From Lingula anatina (lineage: Eukaryota > Animalia > Brachiopoda), in NCBI GenBank assembly GCA_051362555.1, contig CM120643.1, positions 14,110,644-14,174,643 on the forward strand: a stretch of 64,000 nt of DNA. The letters run 5' to 3'. The position numbers and the translations under genes are program-made. Below, one piece after another: positions 53,761 to 64,000 of the stretch. The notes under the pieces were generated by a model. That model was not told the DNA's origin. It did no database searches and saw only the letters and a list, made by a program, of their open reading frames with translations. The first letter of the stretch is position 1. The number at the start of each line of letters is the position of its first letter.

Positions 53761-55875
53761 GCTGTTGTTGTTGTAAATTGTTTAATTAATTACACAATTT
53801 ATTTAGTCATGGCTTTGAAATGGCTCCACAGTACGGGTTCAGAGAGAGAGAGAGAGAGAGATTGTGTGTTGACATAGAACCCGGGTCTTGAAAATAGTAT
53901 CACAATTACACTAGCATTTATGAAGTATGTGACAGAATGTAAAAAAAAACATCATTCTATTAAATTGGGGTGAAATGCATGGGAAACGTTGCGACAAGAG
54001 CAATCATTTGCAGCACAAGATGCTACCACGCCTAATTCTTATTGTTAAATCTCACTTAGGTAGCTTGACCCGAAACTACGGGTCGTTTGAATTAGTTTTT
54101 ACCTCTTGAATTTCGTATGTTTACGACCTGTATACATACCAATAGAGTGTATATAAATTTAAGGTACAGTTCAAATATTTAGGAAATTCACCTAATCGTC
54201 CGTGTAATACACAGCGAGCTCTCGGGTTGCGCGACATGCAATTTTTCAGTTATTTTTCGTAAGCAAAAAATTGTTTAAAAATGAAAATTAGAACTACAAA
54301 ATCTAGTATATGATTTTATATGACAGCTTTATCGATAAACGGTAAAACTAGACCTAGACAAACATCCATATCAGGCTCTAAAAAAACGGTCAGGAAGAAG
54401 AGTCTGTCTCAGTTGCTTTGTTATCGGTCTTGGGAACTTGTGCTGCAGAAAAGGGATTGCCATTGGTATCACGGCAACTTCATCCAAGTTTATATGTTCC
54501 AAGTTTACAAAACTCTGGCTACATTACTCATTATCAGTTATAGAATAACATATATATTAGGTTATCTTCAGTTTTGGGATTATCTTAATGAGTAGATGAC
54601 CCGCTTTTTCTCTCAATTGGAAATCTTGAAATAAATAGACCACTCATCTTGGTAGAAAACAATTATAGCCATGCAACCCGGACGTTTGAAAAGGCTAACA
54701 TGTAAAAATTCCATGGTAAGAGGTTAATCAAAAAACCGCTGTTCAGCCTGATATCTGCGGTCGACTGGTATTTGTGAGAGATTTATTACTAAGTAAACGT
54801 TCTAAAGGCCGTTGTTCATCTGTATGTTGATTAGATAAGGCGGAAAAAGGGCACATCCACCGTCTGCTATAAACATGCTGATTCGCATTCAACGTAAGTT
54901 TATTACAGTGAGCTTGATAGGGAAAGAAGTGGATAAAAGTAATTTGATCAAATACAGTTGGAGAAAGCGTTTCATCAGTTTTTCAGGATAAGGCCTTGTA
55001 CCCAGACAATTTAGAGGAACGTCCTAATATACTGGCATGTATACTGCATATGCTTTATATAACGTATGTATATGCTGTTCACCAGTTCAAAGAACATATT
55101 GGATCAGTATAAACAGAATTATGTGAGAAAACATCCGCAAGCTAGAAATATGATCAGAGGTTTAGCTTCCCACAGCTGTTACCATTATCGTTGGTTCTAT
55201 ATATTTCCTTATTACCCAGTTATCTTCTTTGGCTCGTATAAAACAGATATGAAATCTAAACAGCTGCCACAAGCCTGCATTCCCCATTATAACAAAGCTT
55301 GCTGGAATGCATATCAAAAGAAGTGCGTAGAGTATTTACACCTCTTTGTTCGTCAAATCTCAGCTCCGCCGGAGCAGAATTCAATCCAATGGTATTTAAC
55401 TAATTTGCATTTGTTAGTAACACAGCTGATAAAATTGTGTCATGCCTTTGGCAATAAAGCAGATCATCTTTCAACATCCCAAATCCTGCCAGTAAAAAGC
55501 ACCTAAGTTTACAGGAAGGTTATTTCCGATATTTTTTTCGCGCTCAAGGGTTTTTGTCTGTTGTAAATGCGAACGACTAGTACACGAGAACCCATGTTTC
55601 ACACGCAACTCAAGGATATCGGCGACCTTTTGAAGAGTTTTTGTTTTTACACGTGTTTTTATGACCAGAGTATCTGGTTCTGTTGGTTTGGGTTTCAAGC
55701 GACCGCCAGCCGATTTCTTAGAACTGGTGAAACCCGTGACATATCCCGAAATTAGAAGTATTTGTGTGCCTTCAAAATTATATTTATGTTTTATCCGTAT
55801 ATCAACTTCACAAGAATTAAATCCATATGTTAGAAAGAGTTGTCACATAGTTACGGAATTTAATTTTACGTTGGG

Positions 55876-55934
<59 letters not shown>

Positions 55935-57242
55935 GAATTTAGGGGATACTAAATTGAATGCTCTCAATTAGATATCGGGATCTTATCCATGCCAATAAAT
56001 GATAACAAAAACTTCCTGGTACATGTAGATTTTTTAAAATAGTAAATATCAGAGCACTTACATATTGCTAAGTCAAATATTAGCTTAGGTCGTAGTTCAG
56101 ATTCGTGTCACATCTCAGTCAATATTCCCGAATGTGTTTTAAGGCACTTTGCTTGCTCTTAATCGAACAATTATTCCCACTAAGATTAAATTATCGCTAT
56201 TCTTCGATCAAGTTATCGGGTTTTATGTTTTATTCAAGATCAATTGATGGCTTATCACGTCGATTTAATGCTAGTCCAATTAGTAAATATTACCTGAATA
56301 TTATTGTAACGTGACTCAAGTTGAGATGATGGCCCTTATAATTTTTTGCAATTAAAATTTTGCTTTATTGTGCCCCGTCAGAGATTTGAAACCTCATTTC
56401 CTGTTGTAGTAATGACACTGCGAAGACTAAGTAAGTTTTCTAAAGTGCATTAATTATGAGTCTTACCACAATAAATCAACAGTGCAGATTTAAGGACATA
56501 ACGTCAATCACATAATTTTCTCCTATCCCCTTTCTAAAGCAAATAATTAAATATCAATCTGTTACTAACACGAAAGCTATACCTACATTTGACCGATTTT
56601 TTTTGCAATAGCATTACTTTGTAGTTTTTTTTAGACGTATGTAATATACTGTTCATCGTGCATGCACTAAATGTGCGCTATTAAGACAGAAAATTCGGGC
56701 AATGCACTCGTAAATAATACGGATGCTCTAGTAGCTCGGGTACATATGTACTTTTTTTCAAACAACAACAACAAGATGGGACAAAATATAAGAGACTAAT
56801 GGATAAACAATGTCACTTTTGTGCTTACAATAAAAAGGGTCAAACATCTGATCACCCAACCTTGGCCCACTGGTAACCCCCCCCCCCCCCCCTCACCCTC
56901 ACCCGCACCCCCTCCAACCCACCACATCACCCCATTCAGCATTCTTGACTTTCCTATTTAGATACCCCACTAGAGCACGGTACAAGTAGACTGCAATTTA
57001 AATAACAAACGCGAGTAGTAGAGACCGATAAAGAAAAATATATAGCCTTAGTATACTTACAGTCTGGAGATCGGTGCCCCATTGTCTTCATCGAGAATGG
57101 AAAGTCTACGCAAAAACCCAGCCTTTTCCCCTAAAAAGCTGTCGCCTAAAGCCCGCAGACAACGTCGACTTAGAAAAAACGTCAGACAACACAAGTTGAC
57201 AGTGGCAGAAACGGCCAAGATTTGCTGACATGCTGAAAGCAT
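52194..57242 (-). CDS. TLC (TRAM/LAG1/CLN8) domain multi-pass membrane protein, TLCD-like, 2 coding exons, 389 aa
   Basis: Exon 57242-57061 (MLSACQQILAVSATVNLCCLTFFLS..ISR, donor CT|GTAAGT, phase 2) joins exon 53181-52194 (LISFHSMSW..). TLC hallmarks: ISFHS, Y..QD, IHHVVTI (HH motif), LLMEGSPLFVD (LLxExSxPFxN-like), RLVV. Several hydrophobic segments and a polar C-terminal tail. Confidence 0.82.
55879..55930. repeat. (GA)n microsatellite
   Basis: Directly visible. Other simple repeats: (CA)n ~9986-10013, (AAT)n ~43509-43552, (TTA)n ~53705-53760. Confidence 0.95.
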
Positions 57243-60200
57243 GATCAAGGATTTTCTCGGCAAAATTGTCTAAGTTCACCATGTATATTTCCAGCAAAAT
57301 CATTAACTGACATCCACTGAGCTTTCTAAGTAAGCGCAACGTTCACGGGCGCTGTCCATACTGTCATCTGCAAGGCAAATCCAAACAGAACTGACAAGTC
57401 TTGTTTGACCTGACTTACATGTATCACGTGCTTTTGGGGCTGTTTTTTTATTCGACGTCTGTTCATTTAAGCATCTTGTGTTAAACCCCTTTTAGCCACC
57501 TAACCCTTATCATATCGACCCGGAAAGTTTAGGATAAAAATAAAGACTTCCTGGTCCTGGCCAATAGAGTTGCAATGCGTGACGTCACGGCGTCAAGGGG
57601 CCGTTTCATGAAAGCATCTCTTTACCTCGTTTACAGGTAAAATCGTTGTCTTCTTCTAAGATGATGTTTACAATGTGATAAGCACACATTCTTTAAATAC
57701 ACAACAGTGCATCATGAACCGGTTGCTAAAACTCAGAAATCACCTCGTTACACGGGCCAGTTTTATCAGTTGAACAGATCATGGGGAATTCCTAACGAAA
57801 CAAGTATCTCGTTTGCCTTAAACTAGCAGTGGTCGTGGTACAGCAATATATCCTAGCAAAATTATCCCTGACCTCTATTATACTTACAGAGAAATATTTT
57901 TTAATAGAAGCTACCCCGTCCCAGTAAATTTTCATTACGACAGTACGATTAATGAAGGCCATACATGTTAAAGATCATAAATCAAATTGTTGAGAAAAAT
58001 CAATCAGTGTGCTAAAATAAGCTGCTCCAACGTGACATCTATCATGTGATGTCCTAAACATGATACATGATAGATCTCTTGTCAATTGTATTCAGATTTA
58101 AAGGATGGCAGCAAAGAAGGACACATTTTGCTTTTGTGAAACCCTGTCGTGTGCTGGCAGGAAGTAGAATGAACTAAATTGATAATACCTCAGACCACAC
58201 CTGGTGGGTCAATAGAATCGAAGTAGGGATCAGGTCATCCTAGGAATAGACCAATATACCCTTTGTCACCCAACCAAAGACAATCAATTAAGTCTGGTCT
58301 GAGTCTCACAACAGAACTGCATAATGCTTTAAATGATCTTAAATTTCGGCATATTTTATAATAAATTTCTTTGCGAAGGAGGTTGGGGAGGGGGTGAAGG
58401 GTTATTTCTTCGTGTCAGTGTGTACTGGTCAATGTCGTAGTCCAGGTTGCATTCTAACACGCTGTCTTAAAGGTTTTTATGTAAGTCATCTACCTGTATT
58501 TTAGTTCGTTCTCCAGTCTTGCCGTGTTGATTTTACTTAGACGGGGCGTTCACCCAGCTTGACTCTAAATGAGTTATTCTATTAGGAGTACAGTAAAGGG
58601 AATAGGTAGGGTCTGAGTCGATTCTCCACTTTTATTTATCATCGAAACATATGGAAGAAAGAAATCAAGATTATCAAAGAATTTCCTTGCAAATCGCATG
58701 TTGCTAACGTATATTATATATGATGATTATCACTGAAACTTGAGGTTCAGTCGATTAGACGGGTCAAAATAATAATAAAAAGTTTTTTATTTTTGGTTAC
58801 TTCTGTACAGTAGAAACCCCTGAACGAACGGGTAGTCTGTTAAAACGGTCACTGAGGCCTATTTATACTGCCGTCTTACGACATAATTTAGATCTAAACC
58901 GATCCAAGTCTTTACGCACCTAAAGAGATCTAATAACTATAAATGATTTATATCTTCCTTGTGTCTAAATGAGATTTACAAGGTATTTCCTGTAAAAAAG
59001 TCATCGCTATTTGATGATGCAGATTCATTCATAGAACTCGGTGATTTATTTATAAGCATTTATTTTTAGCCGTTACAACATAAAAGCCCAGATACCAGAC
59101 GTATTAACTGGACGGAAAACAATAGCCGAACCACATGATTGTTGATAGAGGAACTTGAACTCGAAGCCACAAAAATGAGTGACCTTTCCATATAGCATCC
59201 TTTTGGCACTTTCCCCATGCGCCCGTCGTGCCTTAAGTCTACAGTAAGTCGAATTAGTTTACATTAATGAGATTCTCCATCGCCTTTTTGCCACACCACG
59301 CAACACAGGTAGTTCTACACCCAAAATACGTTGCTTAATGTGTAGGAGGCACCTGTGTCTATGATAACAAACATTTCTTCCATAACTTCTGGGATCACTA
59401 CAGTCGCTATCCTTCACTAGGGCAATTGTACGTAAACAGTAACGCACGCCAAATGAAAAAACAAGTATCTTGCAGGGTTGCTAGATCTACTCATGTATTG
59501 GCAGCTCTATTGTAATACTGCGCATTGCGCACTATCCATTCTCTTTTGATTTGACGTATTAGCATTTATCATTTATAAACCGCCAAACAAAGGACATCTT
59601 GTCAGCATTTAGGATGAAGCCTGAAGCCCACAATTTCAAAGGGGTTGTGGAGGCTACTTCTGAAAAAGCGAATTCATTTGACTCAACAGCTGAGCTTAAA
59701 AAATTGCATTAAACCATCTAATTTTTACAAAGAGTGGGCCTATTCCCCGGCCTCCTGAATTTTTCTTACCGATAAAACCGGTCTGAATAGAGTAACCCAG
59801 ACAATCCAGACCTCCCTTCTCTCCTATATAAGAAGGGGGAGGGGGGTGTATCTTTTTCACTGACCCAATTCTACTTCATTACGCTTGAAACAGATCCAAT
59901 AGTTTTTTTAATTATTACATCGTCACTGATATACTACATTGTCCCTAGGCCAGGTCAAATAGTGTTTGATAATATAAGTAAAAAGTGCCACGGATGTCGG
60001 ATAAAATGTGTTTGATCAGTTATATTCATTGGGGGTTCGTGTAGCGAAGAGTGTGTTGCACGGAAACGTACTAATGTTTATTCATTGTAACGTATGCATC
60101 CACCTGGGCAAATGAAAATGACCTATGTGACTGTAGCAATATCGATATACGCTTTATTCGGTTTCAAGGGCGTTTTTCCGTGAAATGCAAGCACTTTCCC

Positions 60201-61206
60201 TCGGTACCAGGGTGGCAGATTATATAGGGAAAAATGGAAAAGGAGAGCCAAATTACTGTCTATTTATCTAGAGCTATATCTGTGAATATCTGTATAAAAT
60301 CAATCTGTCGACCTGGTAGAGGGTAGTCAAATACTGCCACCCTCTCATGATATCTCGAGGTGTTCTGGCATATATCGCTGGTGACTGCATTTTCTCACCG
60401 AAATACCGCAGTGTGCATTCGAACAGGCTTGGGGTATTTACACTGCGGCACGACACACGGGTTGCTATGCACTGGGTTATAGCCCTTCTACTGTAGTAGT
60501 GCCGACGTCCATAAATATGATAATAAAATAATTATTTGACAAATATCATAATAGTTTCAATTAGCACGAAGTTTTATGTGCTAGCACTCCCATTTACAAT
60601 TCTTAAAAAAATTACCTTTAGTAACTACATGTACACGCATTGCCTGTTTATAATTTGTGAGTATACTATTATCAACAAAATGTCAATGATGTTGAATATC
60701 GGTTCGTATGTTGTCACGTCGCTTTCAGGGCATGGCAATGAAACCTAGTTCGTACTGTTATATCAGGCCTGATGAAATACTGCTTCACTATGGCTAACGA
60801 GAGATATTGTATTTAATTTCTATCGCAGGAGCATAAATGGATACCATCTACCAAGACCTAACAGATGAGACCAGCATTTGTAAACGTTTGGTGAATGTGG
60901 AAAAATATTCTTTGTTTTGTTCGATTTGATGATCATGAGTTTGGCCAAATTTGGCAGTTACACAAATTGCAATGCATAATTGTTTTCATGCATATGCAGA
61001 CGCATACAAAAATATACTGAGAATAAATATTATATAGTATATATAATACCAAAACATAGCCTCATGCTTGTTAAATCTGAGCCTAAAATATGATATAACC
61101 AATTACAAGAATGTATTACCAATCTAGGAATAAGGTGAAAAGAGATTCTTTATAGAGCTTTGTCCAGACCGTTTCTCCAGAGAGTGCAGTGAAATAGCTA
61201 GACGTA

Positions 61207-61437
61207 CACCCCATTTCCATAGATTTTTAGATCGATCTATCCCTGTGGGGATCGAGTCTCACTAGATTACTGTCAGCTTGGCCGGCTTAAGCGTCTGTCC
61301 CGCCTACTAAAAGCTGTAAGGGGGTAATTAACTATGGTGCCCGCTCGGCTGACTGCAATTTAGCGTGAACCCCCAGGGAGTTAGGTCAATCTGAAACTTA
61401 ATCTTTAGATCGATCTAAATCTCTGGGAAAGCACCCC
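61207..61437. mobile_element. MITE, copy 2 of the family at 18855
   Basis: Shares TAGATCGATCTATCCCTGTGGGGA..CTCACTAGATTACTGTCAGC..CCCGCCTACTAAAAGCTGTAAGGGGGTAATTAACTA..CCCCCAGGGAGTTAGGTC with 18855-19069. Confidence 0.8.
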
Positions 61438-61699
61438 TAAACGTCGTGCCCCGTTTATTCTGGATAAAGGATAAAAGTAATATCAGGAAGTTCTATAGGC
61501 AAGGCTTAAATGGCAACATCAGATAATCTAAATATTTTATCTAATTACTTGATTTAGAATGGATAAAATCCATCAGCAGCAAGGAGTCAGTAATCATAAA
61601 TGTGATATGTCTTCAGATAAAAATTGATCTGTTAAGTAGTGTTATTCATAACGCTAAAATTTAAAACTGTACAATTTCTACACAATAAGCTGAAAGCGT

Positions 61700-61930
61700 A
61701 CCTGAGAGCTTTCGTCTCAACGCTTGGAACTTCTTCAGTCACTCTGAAATTACGTGACAGTGTATTGTGAACAGTTTAGTGAGACCTTTTCACTATAAGA
61801 CTGCCCCAGATGTGAGACAGGTTGTGCCTACCCCGAATATAAATGGCTTCCTTCACCCCTCGATTAAATCACGGATGGTCACGGACCAAGATCTCCACAT
61901 TGTCCCAACTGATGGTGGGATCAGGTGCCT
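61700..61930 (-). mobile_element. 3' remnant of a Penelope-like retroelement (GIY-YIG endonuclease C-terminus plus terminal region)
   Basis: - strand translation DPTISWDNVEILVRDHP*FNRGVKEAIYIRG-RHNLSHIWGSL matches the PLE motif IxWDNVxILxRE..WFxRGVKEAIYIR..GRxxLxxIW; followed by a hammerhead-like motif. Confidence 0.75.
61702..61745 (-). ncRNA. Degenerate minimal hammerhead-ribozyme-like motif (PLE type)
   Basis: On the - strand: ..GTGA CTGAAGA A GTTCCAA GCG TTGAGAC GAAA GCTC TCAG. It has the core boxes CUGANGA and GAAA, an imperfect 7-bp stem II, palindromic AGCT at stem III, and only a 3-bp stem I. Confidence 0.5.
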
Positions 61931-62298
61931 CAACGTTGATGTGTCGTCAAACCTGAGATGTGTTGGAACAAGTAGAAATAATCGACATGAGTACAACTGT
62001 GTCGAGTGAGATAAAAAAACAACAAATATATAAGAGAAGCCCAAGAAATGCAACTATCCAATTGTGTTGAATTTTTATATTGAATTTTGAATAATTTATA
62101 TTGGATAGCTAGAATAAAAGATTGATTCGCAAAAGAAAAATGAAAGCAAAACTCCATAAGGTGAATTAATGCTATACTTGAGAGTGTATGGGCTTAAGGG
62201 GGCTCCCACTGGCTTTGAACCGCTAGTATATTTATTTGGTCTTGTGCTTTTGCGTTTTTGTAATTAGACTCGAACCGGTTAGTCCTCGTTTCAAAGGC

Positions 62299-62600
62299 CG
62301 CATTCAGAACAGATGAACCTCGGACTAATTGTTCCCTGGATCAAATATGACTGACCCACTTGAAATAGATGTCGCTATTCCCTAATGGTCTCCCCGCCTA
62401 CCATAAGCACCAGGCCTGCAGGGGCCTAGCAATTCAACAGATTGAATCTCTGCTCCGAGGTTTAATTGCTAGGCCCTGCAGGGATGGCGCGTGAAGATGG
62501 CGAGACCATTAGGGGATTAGGTGGCATTGCTTTTAAGTAGGGTCGGCCATATTTAGTCCGAGGATCTGTGAGTCAGCGGATGAACTTGTTCTGAATGCGC
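62299..62600. mobile_element. Foldback MITE
   Basis: Nested inverted segments: GCATTCAGAACA/TGTTCTGAATGC, CCTCGGACTAA/TTAGTCCGAGG, CCCTAATGGTCTC/GAGACCATTAGGG, CCTGCAGGGGCCTAGCAATT/AATTGCTAGGCCCTGCAGG. Confidence 0.75.
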
Positions 62601-62680
62601 TCAATGCAACCAAAAATTAATCTTAATGTGTAGAAGAGATCACGGGAGTCCTGCCACTGGCTGTTAGTGGTCAGGACCAT

Positions 62681-62828
62681 GGCTCCGTATCTCGAAAGGT
62701 TCGCTATGTTGCGCACGTGCGCAAGCGTCTCGATTCCATAACTCGCCCATACTCGTCCCATGTAATACATTGTAGACTCTATTTGATATAGCGATTCGCA
62801 ATACGCGATGCTTTCGAGATATGGGGCC
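62681..62828. mobile_element. Harbinger-like MITE, CAT TSD
   Basis: CAT|GGCTCCGTATCTCGAAAG..CTTTCGAGATATGGGGCC|CAT; left arm shared with the element at 26434. Confidence 0.8.
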
Positions 62829-64000
62829 CATTTCAGACTTAACGTCACTCACTGTATGGCCACTTCAAAGCTCCCAACACTCAGACCGGAGTTAAAGTTT
62901 GAACTGACACACATATTTAAAGTACAAAATTGAACTTCAGTTCTTATATGTCGCACTACAAATATGTTTTTTTCCGGGCGGTTTGCATTGGACGCCGGGT
63001 CATTTCTGTTCCAAGATACAACGTACAGACTGGATGTTAACGCACTCGCCTCCCTGGGGAGAATATTTAAAAGTACTATCTAAAGAGACCAGCTGGGTTT
63101 AGACGCAATTTTCTCTCTTTCTTTCTTTCAATTATTAATTAATTAATAATTATTCTTTTACAAAAATGTTCGACTAACAGTGAGGAGAAGAGCACTAAAT
63201 AGCCAGAGGAATATCTGTGAATGCCTAGTGAAAATGTAATGTTAGTAATTGACAGCCATGAGTAAATAAGGAGCGGGGAGTGTTTTGTAGAGTAACTGAG
63301 TTGATTGGCATGCTCTAATGATACTTATACAACTGAAATGTAAACGGAGAGAAAGCCGCTAGAGAAAGCATGAGGTAAAAATAGAAATGGAAAGAAAGCG
63401 GTGCGGGGACCAAATAGAAAGTAGTTAATAAATAATGTGAAAGATTATAACAGAGTTTAATTTACTACCTCGCGTAACAATAAAAGATAAGACAACAACT
63501 TCATGACAAAAATCCTTCTCTGTGATTCTGGTACAGGGTATGCAGAAGAGATTAGTCGAGTACAGTTGTATATGGGTCGATGAAAAACGTTGCTTAATTG
63601 CAAAATCTAATGCAAAACAAATCGTTCATTATTAATGTTAGGGACAATTAGAATCACATCTGATGACAATCATGAAAGGAGAAGAGGACAGATATTGACA
63701 AATGCCTGAGAAACGGCATATGGCGTTTGCTTACACGTGAACTTTGGCTATTTAATATTTATTTCACTTGCAATCCTTGTGTTTAACGGTGTTTACAGTA
63801 ACTCTGCGGATCCTCGTAACTAAAATTAAATTAAATATTGTTTTATTTTTCTACAAACATTGTTTTCATTTTCCTAAATTATACGTATCTCAACTTACGG
63901 TGCAAGGACTTACATACAAATGAACTGATAAAAATGGTGTCCTCGGACTTTGGGTGGTTTAATCTGCGATTGCGGTTTTTTGAATGGTTGTTGTTTTCGA

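Noticed and set aside
55066-55506. 146-aa + strand ORF in the TLC intron with faint similarity (YPVIF..PHYNKACWNAYQKKC) to the endonuclease-RT linker of I-group LINEs
   Set aside because: Catalytic SDH and RT motifs are absent; too weak to call as a gene or an element.

Overview
AT-rich, intron-rich animal genomic DNA (invertebrate; the repeat repertoire suggests a mollusc or other lophotrochozoan, which is an inference). I reconstructed four spliced genes by hand from GT/GC-AG boundaries and codon phase. (1) The last 9 exons of a + strand multi-EGF protein ending in an unusual C-terminal EMI-like module (149..8036). (2) A complete 12-exon alanine aminotransferase (GPT/ALT, - strand, 38819..20397, 518 aa) with a GC-AG intron and a putative mitochondrial presequence. 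(3) A 4-exon Sulfotransfer_3/Stf3-like sulfotransferase (- strand, 43936..41307, 415 aa). (4) A 2-coding-exon TLC-domain membrane protein (- strand, 57242..52194, 389 aa). Also present: a candidate small orphan spliced gene (~17809..16182), a decayed intronless dTDP-glucose 4,6-dehydratase (TGDS/RmlB) pseudogene, and a Penelope-like retroelement remnant with a hammerhead-like motif. The non-autonomous transposons include Helentron-type HINEs, a Kolobok-like element, Harbinger-like MITEs and a CAG-ended MITE with 5-bp TSDs. Most notable: two different Harbinger-like elements inserted into the same terminal CAG of two copies of one MITE family; CATGTA insertions consistent with Tc1-type excision footprints; and all HINE copies lying in host-gene introns in the sense orientation. 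All homology calls come from motif recognition by eye, not database searches.
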